From the IMG/VR virus record IMGVR_UViG_3300028042_000001, positions 1 through 28,943 of that record: a DNA stretch of 28,943 nt; one strand, written 5' to 3'. The stretch's first letter is position 1, and each line of letters opens with the position of its first letter. The position numbers and the translations under genes were made by a program. Of the stretch, positions 14,795 to 24,057 are shown one piece after another. The notes beneath the pieces are model-generated. The model was not told the origin of the DNA and made no database searches. It saw nothing but the letters and a program-made list of their open reading frames with translations. Source of the stretch: a virus. Taxonomy: Duplodnaviria > Heunggongvirae > Uroviricota > Caudoviricetes.

Positions 14795-15751
14795 ATGTCA
14801 CTCGAATCAATAAGAGAAAGAAATAAGAACGGCAAACTTGATAAATTGCTGAAAGCGGCTGGACGAACATCTCTTGGTAAAAAGAATAATAATAATAGTC
14901 AGGATGAAACATATTACCCTGAACGTGATAAGAACGGAAATGGATCATGCATTATTCGTTTTCTTCCCGGTCTTGATTCTGAAGATAACCCGTATTATGT
15001 AGAACGGTTTCAACATGGATTCCAACATAATAATAAATGGTTTATTGAATTTTGTCCTTCAACACTTGGACTTGAATGCCCTGTATGTGAAGATAACTTT
15101 GATATTATTAGTGAATATGGTGGGTGGAATGACTGTCCTGAAGATGTACAGGCAGTGATTAGAAAAAGAGGCCGTAATAATGGTTTTGGTGCAGGTAATT
15201 TTTGTAATGTTCTTGTTATTAAAGATCCTCAAAATCCAGAAAACGAAGGTAAAATTCATTTATTTTCTTTTGGAAAAGGTATTATGGATATGATTCTTGA
15301 TATGGCTCAACCTCAAGATGATGGTCTTGGTAAAATAGCAGATCCTATTGATGTATTTGATCTTGTCGATGGTGCGAATTTTAAGTTTATTATTCGTAGA
15401 AAAGACAAACGTGCTGATTATTCAAAGAGTTCTTTTGAAAAAGCATCACCTTGTCCTGATGTTGATTTTGAAACTCAACATGCTCTTCTTCCTTTAATTG
15501 ATGAAAATAAATTTAAATCATATGAAGATTTGTCAGAAAGACTTAATAAAGTTCTTAATAAGTCTAATAAACGCATGTCTAAAAATGCAGAAGAGGCATT
15601 AAATGGTAGTGATGAAAATGCAAAAGAAGCACAACCAGATAATTTCAGCTCTCATGAAGCAAAAGCGGCTGAATCTCCTCCTACTGGTGATGGTAGTGAT
15701 GAGGATAATATGAAATACTTCCAAGGTATTGCTGATGAAGTTAATATCTAA
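14795..15751 (+). CDS. gp32: Single-stranded DNA-binding protein gp32
   Basis: 'DKNGNGSCIIRFLP', HGF...C...CPVC Zn site, 'KDPQNPENEGK', 'GANFK', acidic tail. Confidence 0.97.
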   Translation: MSLESIRERNKNGKLDKLLKAAGRTSLGKKNNNNSQDETYYPERDKNGNGSCIIRFLPGLDSEDNPYYVERFQHGFQHNNKWFIEFCPSTLGLECPVCEDNFDIISEYGGWNDCPEDVQAVIRKRGRNNGFGAGNFCNVLVIKDPQNPENEGKIHLFSFGKGIMDMILDMAQPQDDGLGKIADPIDVFDLVDGANFKFIIRRKDKRADYSKSSFEKASPCPDVDFETQHALLPLIDENKFKSYEDLSERLNKVLNKSNKRMSKNAEEALNGSDENAKEAQPDNFSSHEAKAAESPPTGDGSDEDNMKYFQGIADEVNI

Positions 15752-15779
15752 ATAATAATTTTATATTATAGTATAAAAG

Positions 15780-15816
15780 AAAAGGGTAAGACTATTATAA
15801 GTCTTACCCTTTTTTT
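15780..15816. terminator. Bidirectional intrinsic terminator
   Basis: AAAAGGGTAAGACT-loop-AGTCTTACCCTTTT between convergent genes. Confidence 0.9.
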
Positions 15817-15843
15817 ATGCCCTACAAAGCTGTATATTGAGAT

Positions 15844-18435
15844 TTAAGAGCCATAACTATGAACAAGCAAGTCAGTACCCCTATCAGTATCATGAGGGCT
15901 TACAGGAATAGTTATATTCGTTGTAGAAGTATTTCCTCCTGAAACAACACTTCTTGCATCGGTATATACAGTTCCTATTGCTTTTGCTGTTTCAGATTGT
16001 TTCAACTCTTCAATCCAACTCATAGATTCTGTGAGATCATCCATTGCTCTTACAGTTTCTTGCCATCCTGATTTCATAGATTCTTGCCATTTTATATTCT
16101 TCAATGATTCCACTGATGCAAACGATTTTTCTTTTAAATCTTTTGCTATATTTGTAGATCTATCCATTATATTTGATATAGACTTAGATGCTTGTTCTAA
16201 TGGTAAAGAAATATTTGGTGCTTTTATTGATGATATTAATTTATTTTTATTATCAATAGCTTTAAGGTTTTCTTTAAGAGTTTCTGGTTTAAATTCATCT
16301 TGCCAATTACTATACTGTGATAAATCTTTTCCAGCAAGAGTACCATCACCAATAGAAGTAGGCATGAGCATATCACCAATAATAGCTCCACCAACTCCAC
16401 CAGCAAGACCTTTTAATATAGTTCCTTTTGAAATTCCTCCAACTAATTCCTTTCCCTTCCCTGCTATTTCTTTAAATGGAATTTTATTCAATAGTTTTTT
16501 AGAATTAGACATCCCTTGTTTAAGAGCATCTTTAATATTACCAACATCAATAAACCCTTTATTATTACTTATTAATCTTTTAAATAAACCTTTTTTCCCT
16601 TTAAATTTTCTAAGTCTGCGAGATGGTTTTTTACCCTTAGATTTTCTATTTTTTCTATTTTTTCTATTTTTTCTATTTTTTCTCTTTTTATCTCTATCAG
16701 GAGTATCTATATCATAATCATTCCCTCCTCCTGAACATCTACACATATCTCTTATTGATCGTTTAGATATATTAACAGTTTCATTTGTAAATAAATCTTT
16801 CATCCCCCCAATATCATTAAGAGTGTCAATTCCACCAACAACTTTTTTAGTAGTAGATACAAGAATATTGTTTTCTTTTTCTTTGTCTTTAAGAGAAGGT
16901 TGATTATTTAATACTTTGTATATATCATTAACACGACTATACAAAGTATTTTGCCTTCTTATATCATCTCGTTTTTCTTCAGTATCATCAAGACTTTGTT
17001 CCAAATTATGTTGTCTTGATTTTTCCATACTGTTAAGAATTTCTTTATCATTTTGTCCTTTTGTGTTAGTAGATATCAAACATTTACACATTTCTTTAGC
17101 GCTTTGTTTTGGTATATCTCCTATAGCAACATATTCTTCTTTATTCCATAATCCAATATCTTCAAGTAATTCTAATGATTTTGTTTCGTATGGAGTAAAT
17201 GCACCCAATGAAAAAGGAACTACTGTAATTCCTTTATTTATCTTTTGTAATAAGGTTCTTCCATCTGATGCTCTCATTCTATTTAAAGCATAATTTCTAT
17301 TAATAGAATGAAGAATATCTTCTTGATATTCTGTATTATATTCTAATTCTTCTAAAATATCACTCATCACAACATGAGTAGGATCATTTGTATTAACTGT
17401 TCGATTAGAAAAGGCTCCTCCAATTAACTTAAATGGTGCCGATATTGCTTTGGATAATCCCTTCCCTATTAATTCAGTTATAGGAATATTAAAATTTTTC
17501 CATATTTTATTTACATCTTGCTTATTTGGATCTAGAAAATCACGTATTTCTCTAAGTAACGTAACCTGAGAATCTATGTTTTTACCAAAACCAAAAATAC
17601 CTCCTCTAAATGCCGCATTAGATTTATTTGTGTTCTTTGATATTTGTTGAAGAAGTGATACTTGATATACAGCCATATTTCGCATGAAATTTGGTTTCAT
17701 GCGATCCCACCACATAGTTATTCCACGATGTTGAGCACCAACACCACTAGCAATTTTCTCAAGTAATTGTATTTGTGTTTTTGTGTTCGACTTAAACAAT
17801 CCAAACCCGGATGTTCGTTCTTCTCCCTGAACAGCGACTCTTATACCTTCAAGAATCTCTATCATTTGTTCATTTTGAGTTAATGTACTACCTTTTTTTA
17901 ATAATTTCTTTCTACTATGTTCTTGATTAAGCATAAGATGAAATGCTTTCTGAGAATAATCAATTTGACCATTCTTATCATAACCAACTCCATGATATAT
18001 AGCACGAAATGCATTTAACACTTCACTACGTTCAAAAGCAAAAAGATTAACAAGAGCTTTTGTTATTTCTTGGGGAGCTTTGGCCGCAACTTTAGCAGTT
18101 GTTAGTAATACTTTTTTTGCTGTTATTTTATCTTGTTTTAATTTTGCTTCTCTTTCACTATTAGCAACTTTCTGAAGACCATCAATAATACCATTATAAG
18201 TTCCTTTATAAATACAACCATAAACACGACATATTTTATTATTTTGCTTTATAGGGGAAGATTCTTTTTTGTCATCTTTCTTATTATCATTACTAATATA
18301 ATTTTTTAATAATTTGGCAATAGTTGATATATCTTTAACGGATTTATCCCCTAAATCACTACTACTATTATCTTTAACTTTATTAATAACATCTTCTAAT
18401 GAATTATCTTTTGTACTTCTTGGCGGTTTGCTCAT
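15844..18435 (-). CDS. Tape measure / baseplate hub-like protein (gp29 position)
   Basis: 863 aa, helical, QxxLLxxI repeats, Gly-rich hydrophobic segment with PTSIGDGTL; follows gp26/gp51. Confidence 0.65.
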   Translation of the reverse strand: MSKPPRSTKDNSLEDVINKVKDNSSSDLGDKSVKDISTIAKLLKNYISNDNKKDDKKESSPIKQNNKICRVYGCIYKGTYNGIIDGLQKVANSEREAKLKQDKITAKKVLLTTAKVAAKAPQEITKALVNLFAFERSEVLNAFRAIYHGVGYDKNGQIDYSQKAFHLMLNQEHSRKKLLKKGSTLTQNEQMIEILEGIRVAVQGEERTSGFGLFKSNTKTQIQLLEKIASGVGAQHRGITMWWDRMKPNFMRNMAVYQVSLLQQISKNTNKSNAAFRGGIFGFGKNIDSQVTLLREIRDFLDPNKQDVNKIWKNFNIPITELIGKGLSKAISAPFKLIGGAFSNRTVNTNDPTHVVMSDILEELEYNTEYQEDILHSINRNYALNRMRASDGRTLLQKINKGITVVPFSLGAFTPYETKSLELLEDIGLWNKEEYVAIGDIPKQSAKEMCKCLISTNTKGQNDKEILNSMEKSRQHNLEQSLDDTEEKRDDIRRQNTLYSRVNDIYKVLNNQPSLKDKEKENNILVSTTKKVVGGIDTLNDIGGMKDLFTNETVNISKRSIRDMCRCSGGGNDYDIDTPDRDKKRKNRKNRKNRKNRKSKGKKPSRRLRKFKGKKGLFKRLISNNKGFIDVGNIKDALKQGMSNSKKLLNKIPFKEIAGKGKELVGGISKGTILKGLAGGVGGAIIGDMLMPTSIGDGTLAGKDLSQYSNWQDEFKPETLKENLKAIDNKNKLISSIKAPNISLPLEQASKSISNIMDRSTNIAKDLKEKSFASVESLKNIKWQESMKSGWQETVRAMDDLTESMSWIEELKQSETAKAIGTVYTDARSVVSGGNTSTTNITIPVSPHDTDRGTDLLVHSYGS
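16642..16683 (-). repeat. 9-bp coding microsatellite encoding (RKN)n
   Basis: TTTTCTATT x4 plus a partial copy. Confidence 0.9.
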
Positions 18436-18469
18436 AATAGTTCTCTTTATATGTTGGGTTAAGCCATGA

Positions 18470-18652
18470 TTATTTTTTTAATTGTTGTGCTTTTTTCTTT
18501 TGGCTTTTTTGTAGTAATGCAATATATATTTCTCTCTCAAAGGGAATCATATTTTCTATCTCTCTGAGAGAGTATTTGAAATCATTCATAAGGACAAAGT
18601 TCATTTCATATATACTATAAATACTATCATGACTTAACCCTATTAAAAAAAA
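18470..18652 (-). CDS. gp51: gp51-like baseplate hub assembly protein, probably reached by -1 frameshift from gp26
   Basis: LSHDSIYSIYEMNFVLMNDFKYSLREIENMIPFEREIYIALL; absent from the ORF track; first in-frame ATG only at 18604. Confidence 0.8.
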   Translation of the reverse strand, partial: FFLIGLSHDSIYSIYEMNFVLMNDFKYSLREIENMIPFEREIYIALLQKSQKKKAQQLKK

Positions 18653-19383
18653 TCATTTATTCCTTTAAATGTATATTCTCCTACATATCCACATTTAGAA
18701 CATTTATATTTTGCTGTATGTTCTAATGAAGGCATATTATAAAAGAATTTATTTCTAATTGTCTCTAATTGTTTTGTTGATATAGTACTCATAAATTCAT
18801 CAATATCTTCTTGTGAAGTATCTCCTGAATCATACACATTTTCACCATCAAAAATAGTTTCCATTAAATATGTTATGATTTTAATATCATCATTCCCAAA
18901 ATCATCAATGATAGCAAAATCAGAAACAGATGGATATCTTAAAGTAATTCCAATATCATCTTGAAGCATTATCACTTTTGAATGATCTTCTGGTTTAGTA
19001 ATATTAATATCATCAATATTAATAACAAATGGTATTAAATTTCCACATTGTTTTGGTTTTGAATCATCATCATCAACTGGTGGTATTTCGTTTGCACATT
19101 TCATATCAATTTCAATAATTTCACCAACTGATTTAGCTCGTAATTGAAGAAAAATATATTCTATATCAAACATAGCCAAAGAATTAACTTGCAATTGACC
19201 ATACGTACATGCATCTATAATTTCAGTCATTGCGGTTAAAATTTCGTCTTGATTTTCTGATTGTTTAACTAGCATTAATATTTTCTCTTCTCCTGATAAA
19301 AAAGGACGATATTTAATCTTTTTTTGTGTAGAAGGAATAGTAAGAAAATGTGTTGGTACTGTTAATTTTGGTAAAATACTCAT
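18643..19383 (-). CDS. gp26: Baseplate hub assembly protein gp26
   Basis: 'LPKL..PT..L.IPST...IKYRPF...EEKIL', 'FDIEYIFLQLRAKSVGE', CxxC, terminal 'GINDFF'. Confidence 0.93.
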   Translation of the reverse strand: MSILPKLTVPTHFLTIPSTQKKIKYRPFLSGEEKILMLVKQSENQDEILTAMTEIIDACTYGQLQVNSLAMFDIEYIFLQLRAKSVGEIIEIDMKCANEIPPVDDDDSKPKQCGNLIPFVINIDDINITKPEDHSKVIMLQDDIGITLRYPSVSDFAIIDDFGNDDIKIITYLMETIFDGENVYDSGDTSQEDIDEFMSTISTKQLETIRNKFFYNMPSLEHTAKYKCSKCGYVGEYTFKGINDFF

Positions 19384-19406
19384 AATAATCTCCTTTTGAT
19401 TATTTT

Positions 19407-19922
19407 TTATTTGTTAATAATTTCATAGCTATGATATGCCCAATTAACAGTCATTTCGGATGGTAATTCTCCTGCGTAAGAAAATTCCACTTCTGAATAA
19501 CCTGTTGGGTATGCTTCATATATTCTAACTTCTGTTGTTAATTTCTCTTGTAGATCATATATATTTATCTGCATATCAGAAACGATATCATTATAATATG
19601 CCATTCTCCAATTTTTGTTTCCACCAATCATCTTCATCCATTTATGCATAAGTTTCATTTCATCTAAATGATTATTATTATAAAATGTAGTTGATAATTG
19701 ATCAAAAATTTCTTCATTAGGTATTTTTCTTGTTGGCCCCATAACACCATGATCAAAAGATCCTATATTATGTCCCGGAATATCGCATCGATGACAATTA
19801 AATAAAATATCTTTACTTATTTGTATTTTAGAAGAAGATATTATTACCTCAAATCTATTCGGTTCTAATAACGGATGTTCGCTTACATGTCCTACTATTC
19901 TTTTTAAATCAAATTTTTTCAT
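19407..19922 (-). CDS. gp54: Baseplate-tail tube initiator gp54-like (tube fold)
   Basis: 'NRFEVII', 'C..CDIPG', 'YYNDIV', 'EAYPT' motifs. Confidence 0.75.
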   Translation of the reverse strand: MKKFDLKRIVGHVSEHPLLEPNRFEVIISSSKIQISKDILFNCHRCDIPGHNIGSFDHGVMGPTRKIPNEEIFDQLSTTFYNNNHLDEMKLMHKWMKMIGGNKNWRMAYYNDIVSDMQINIYDLQEKLTTEVRIYEAYPTGYSEVEFSYAGELPSEMTVNWAYHSYEIINK

Positions 19923-19924
19923 TA

Positions 19925-20704
19925 TTATACTCCTCGTATGGATTTAAGTGAATCACTCCATACAGTAGTGATAGATGCTTTTTTAAATTTAGCTACTGGT
20001 AATAAAATAGCCTTTCCCCAATGTTCAAATGGTATAGGTCTTACAGCCGATGTTGTGTGCGATATTAAATATCTCTTAAAACATGGTTTAAAATACCTAT
20101 ATTTTGCTACACTTGACAACATTTGATAATTCATTTTTATCCGGGTCTTATTATCTAATTTTGAATCAGACATACGATCCATTAAATTTAAAATAAGAAC
20201 TTCTCTTTGTTTTGGTGGTAGATAATGAAGATTTAATCCATACCATCCATTATCTAATCCTCTAACCATTAATATAAGAGGGAAAATATCATAGTAAGGC
20301 ATAGTATCCTTTGTTTTTGGATTGTAGCCATAGAAGAACATCTTTCCTATATCAGTTGGTTTAGGGAGGCTTATAGCGGCATTACCTTTAGAATACCATC
20401 TTAATTTTAACTTATCTGGAATCATGTTACTAAGACTCCACGGATTTCTCATTATATCTTTAATTTGATTACTAAACCATTGTCTTGCATTACGAACATC
20501 TTCAGGACTATAAATTTTCCCGGTTGCTGATTCAATATCTTTAGAATCAAAAGACCTTTCTAATTCTTTTGTTAAACGTTTTAATTGAGCTATATGCTTT
20601 TTTGGATCTTTGCTCCATTGGATTTTATTAACATAACGTTGAATTAACTCATCCTTTGTTTGAGCATTAAGCGCTCCTTGATATTTTTTTGGTTTTATAC
20701 TCAT
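19925..20704 (-). CDS. gp2: DNA end protector gp2
   Basis: 'GKMFFYGYNPKTK..MPYYD.FPL', 'GLNLHYLPP..R', 'CFKRYL..H'. Confidence 0.95.
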   Translation of the reverse strand: MSIKPKKYQGALNAQTKDELIQRYVNKIQWSKDPKKHIAQLKRLTKELERSFDSKDIESATGKIYSPEDVRNARQWFSNQIKDIMRNPWSLSNMIPDKLKLRWYSKGNAAISLPKPTDIGKMFFYGYNPKTKDTMPYYDIFPLILMVRGLDNGWYGLNLHYLPPKQREVLILNLMDRMSDSKLDNKTRIKMNYQMLSSVAKYRYFKPCFKRYLISHTTSAVRPIPFEHWGKAILLPVAKFKKASITTVWSDSLKSIRGV

Positions 20705-21231
20705 TTTAATCCTGAAGATGTTTTTCTGTTTGTATATTTTACTTTCTTTTTTGATACCCCTTTCTTTCTTCTTTTTCTTGGAGGAGTAGTTATAATTTTT
20801 ATTCCCATCTCTTTCATAGTAAATTCAGTCACAACTCTAAATTCCATATTATTTTTTTTACAATATATAGTAGCAGTATCCCATTTTGATTGATTTGTTA
20901 TGTATGTTGATTCTGCTAATAGGGTTCGCTTAGTTCTCCTTTTTACTTTTGGTGGTTTCGTCTCGTGATCTGGCTTAATTTCAATAAGATACCGTTTTCC
21001 ATTTTCCATTTTAATATAGAAATCTGGGTTATATTTTCTATATTTTTTTTGGCCTTTATCGTAGTAAGGAATTACAAATGGTTCTATTGCCCATTTCATT
21101 ACTTTATTATTTAGGTCGCACCATTTACAAAATGATCGTTCCCATAAAGATCTGTAGTATATATTTCTTTTATCACCTATATACTTACTTTTATGCTTTG
21201 GTTTATAATATCCTGAATATCCTCTTCCCAA
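20701..21231 (-). CDS. gp4: Head completion nuclease gp4 (TnsA-like)
   Basis: 'KYIGD...IYYRSLWE', 'YNPDFY', 'IEIKP', 'NQSKW', 'VVTE'; TTG start with GGGAG SD. Confidence 0.93.
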   Translation of the reverse strand: MGRGYSGYYKPKHKSKYIGDKRNIYYRSLWERSFCKWCDLNNKVMKWAIEPFVIPYYDKGQKKYRKYNPDFYIKMENGKRYLIEIKPDHETKPPKVKRRTKRTLLAESTYITNQSKWDTATIYCKKNNMEFRVVTEFTMKEMGIKIITTPPRKRRKKGVSKKKVKYTNRKTSSGLK

Positions 21232-21247
21232 TGTGTTTTTCTCCCTA

Positions 21248-21275
21248 TATAAATAATAGTATAGTAATATTTATA
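21248..21275. promoter_or_regulatory. Face-to-face pair of late promoters
   Basis: TATAAATA at 21248-21255 (+) and 21268-21275 (-) in the 57-bp gap between divergent operons. Confidence 0.8.
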
Positions 21276-21288
21276 CAGGAGAAAAAAC

Positions 21289-22062
21289 ATGACAGTTGCA
21301 GGATTGATGCGTAAATCAAAATACAGCCATAATATATTGAGAACAGGAGATATCATGACTGATGCTCCATTTACAGTTTTGAATAGTGAAATGCACAACA
21401 CAACTATACAATTACCTCTTCCTACTAATTTATCTTCTTCTATGGGTGCTAATTGGCAACAAGAACAAGTTTCTAAATTATCTATGCTTGGAAGGCATAA
21501 TAAAAAAGAGATCGGAGAAATCATTGGTAGTTATAAAGATGGTCTTGGTGGTAAGATGGATAAAGTATTAGCTGGTATTATCAATAGAGGAAATCAGGAT
21601 GTTCAAGAACTTTGGGCAAGATCCAAAAAAACATCTAGTTTATTAGGTGGTGCTAGAATTGCGACTAATCCTAATAACGAAATGTTATTTAATGGTATGA
21701 GTTTTAAATCATATTCGTTTAGTTTTACATTAGTACCATACAGACAAAAAGATTCTGATGATATTCAAAAAGCTATTAGAGAAATACAAAAAGCATCTGC
21801 TCCTGAAATGAGAGGGGAAAAAATGTTTATGGAATATCCTGAAACATGGTGGATTACTTTTATGTCTGGAAGTGATTCTGGTAATGATTATCTTATGAAA
21901 TTAAATGAATGTTGTTGTACTAATGTTGGTGTTAATTATACTCCTCAAGGCGATTCTCGTAATATGCATGATAAAAATGCTCCATTATCAGTAGAGCTAA
22001 CATTAGATTTTACTGAAATATATATTCCAACTAAAGAAACAATAGAGGATTATAATGGCTAA
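21289..22062 (+). CDS. gp48: Baseplate tail-tube cap gp48
   Basis: 'IQLPLP', 'NPNNEMLFNG..F.SYSFSF.L.P', 'YPETW', 'VNYTP', 'LTLDFTE'. Confidence 0.88.
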   Translation: MTVAGLMRKSKYSHNILRTGDIMTDAPFTVLNSEMHNTTIQLPLPTNLSSSMGANWQQEQVSKLSMLGRHNKKEIGEIIGSYKDGLGGKMDKVLAGIINRGNQDVQELWARSKKTSSLLGGARIATNPNNEMLFNGMSFKSYSFSFTLVPYRQKDSDDIQKAIREIQKASAPEMRGEKMFMEYPETWWITFMSGSDSGNDYLMKLNECCCTNVGVNYTPQGDSRNMHDKNAPLSVELTLDFTEIYIPTKETIEDYNG

Positions 22063-22645
22063 AAAGGATTACTATCTTTATGAAACGTTTGGAGAAAAAA
22101 GTAAATTTTTCTTTGATGGGTTTCCTTATATTAATTATGATATATTAGGAAATGGAGATAAACAAAAAATAAAGAATTTTTTTAAACGTTTTGATTTTAG
22201 AAATAGTGTAAGGAAATTTGGTACTATTTATATTAAATGGATAGTACGAGATGAAGATACTCCTCAAATAATTGCTCATAAACTATATAATAGTACTCAT
22301 TATTATTGGATAATACTTATGATTAATCAAATGATTGATCCTACATTTGATTTTCCAATGACAGGAGAAGAATTATCAGAATATGTTGATGCTAAATATG
22401 GAGTAGAACATAGAAGATCTTTGCATCATTGGGAATCTGTATCATCAGAAGAAGTTGGTTCTTTACCAGAAGGAATAATAGTTGATGAAACATATCCTGT
22501 AAAAAAAGATATAGATAATTATGAATATGAATTAATAAAAAATGATAATAAAAGACATATATTAATGTTAGAACCAAGATATTTACAACAAGTTATTGAT
22601 GAATTAAGTACAATATTAACATCGAATTTCACGAGAGTAAAATAA
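22055..22645 (+). CDS. gp53: Baseplate wedge protein gp53
   Basis: 'FF..FP.I.Y', 'DTPQIIAHKLY....YYWIILMIN...DP..DFP', 'YE...ND.KR.I'. Confidence 0.92.
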   Translation: MAKKDYYLYETFGEKSKFFFDGFPYINYDILGNGDKQKIKNFFKRFDFRNSVRKFGTIYIKWIVRDEDTPQIIAHKLYNSTHYYWIILMINQMIDPTFDFPMTGEELSEYVDAKYGVEHRRSLHHWESVSSEEVGSLPEGIIVDETYPVKKDIDNYEYELIKNDNKRHILMLEPRYLQQVIDELSTILTSNFTRVK

Positions 22646-24055
22646 ATGGCATCAAAAGATAGTAAAGGACATTACGCACCGGGAACATATGATTTTAAAA
22701 AAGTGTTTCTTCGTGATCATGATGTTGATATTAGATTTAAAGTATTAGAAATTAATATATTTGAATCTATTTTTCAAGCATGTATGACAGCAGATATTAC
22801 TATTATTGATGCTGATAATATGGTTTCTAATTTGCCTATTGCTGAAGGAAATGTTGTTGATATCCATTTATCATTTAATTCTGATGATAAGATACAACAA
22901 AATATAGATGGTGAAGATATTAAATGTGTAATGGAAGTTATAAAAATAACATCTCGTGTAAAAACACCAAATCAAGATGTACAAATATACAATTTACGTT
23001 TAGCATCAATAGGTTGGTCTAATAATGTTAGAACTCGCATATCAAGAGCATATAAAAATAAATCATATTCATCTATTGTTGAAGAAATATTTAATGATAA
23101 ATTTAGATTAGAATGGTTTTATGGATTATATGGTGAAAGTAGTGAATTTGAAGATGAAGATATAAAGTCTATTGATGTTGAAAAAACACATGGAGAATAT
23201 TCTATAATAATACCAAGATGGAAACCTATTCAATGTTTTAATTGGTTGGCTGGTAGATCCCAATCAGGAGATAATAAAGATGCAGTAAATTATGTATTTT
23301 ATGAGGATAAAAAACAATTCAATTTCAAATCAATCAGCTCATTAATATCACAAGAAACAACAGAAACATATTATGTTAAGTTGATGAATATTGATAAAAT
23401 AGATGAAAGGAATTATCAAAATATTCATGATTATACTTATGAAGATACTGGTGATGTAATTCTTAATGCTTCTTCAGGTACTTTTGGTAGTAGATTAATT
23501 GTTCATAATATGATTACGAAAGAAATAGATGACCATTTTCCTCAAGGAACGTGGTCACTTAGCTATAATATTCATGGATATCCAGCTAATCAAGATGAAT
23601 TTGGTGTTATTGGTGCTGATCCTTTTAGTTATAAGACTGAATTTGGAAAGACAGAACACACAGATTCAGTTCCTCTTATTCCAGACTCAATATCAGAAAC
23701 ATTATCATATCAACCGGGAAATACAAGATTGATAACTCGTTCAATTCATAGATATCAATATGATGGTCTTAAAACAGATCATCCAGAAGAATGGATGAGA
23801 CAAAGAATAATGCAAAAACCGCAAGCTAAATATTTAAGATTGACTATTCAAACTATTGGTAATTTTAGAAGAAAGGCAGGAGAAACTATCAATGTACAAT
23901 TACCGTCTCCTGAAAAAAAATCAGAGAATAAAATGGATAAACGGTTAAAAGGTAAATATCTTGTTACTAGTGTGAGAAGAATGTTTAAACCAACAAAACA
24001 TGAGGTTATTATGGAGTGTATTAAAGATTCTTGGGCTGGAAAGGGTGGTGCATAA
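22646..24055 (+). CDS. Baseplate hub protein, gp27-like
   Basis: 'INIFESIF', 'YVFYE....FNFKS', 'GN....AG..I', 'GKYLVTSV'; between gp53 and gp5. Confidence 0.7.
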   Translation: MASKDSKGHYAPGTYDFKKVFLRDHDVDIRFKVLEINIFESIFQACMTADITIIDADNMVSNLPIAEGNVVDIHLSFNSDDKIQQNIDGEDIKCVMEVIKITSRVKTPNQDVQIYNLRLASIGWSNNVRTRISRAYKNKSYSSIVEEIFNDKFRLEWFYGLYGESSEFEDEDIKSIDVEKTHGEYSIIIPRWKPIQCFNWLAGRSQSGDNKDAVNYVFYEDKKQFNFKSISSLISQETTETYYVKLMNIDKIDERNYQNIHDYTYEDTGDVILNASSGTFGSRLIVHNMITKEIDDHFPQGTWSLSYNIHGYPANQDEFGVIGADPFSYKTEFGKTEHTDSVPLIPDSISETLSYQPGNTRLITRSIHRYQYDGLKTDHPEEWMRQRIMQKPQAKYLRLTIQTIGNFRRKAGETINVQLPSPEKKSENKMDKRLKGKYLVTSVRRMFKPTKHEVIMECIKDSWAGKGGA

Positions 24056-24057
24056 TA

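Noticed and set aside
16031-17293. Plus-strand ORFs of 228 and 125 aa
   Set aside because: Antisense shadows of the tape-measure-like gene; the same applies to other nested ORFs such as 5285-5674, 7923-8240, 21177-21524 and those within gp5 and gp6.
18616-18623. Antisense late promoter against gp26
   Set aside because: TATAAATA inside coding sequence without the ATANT extension; expected by chance at this AT content.
24031-24057. TTG start for gp5
   Set aside because: Overlaps the hub gene; ATG 24058 follows its stop by 2 nt and has a GGTGG SD-like sequence.
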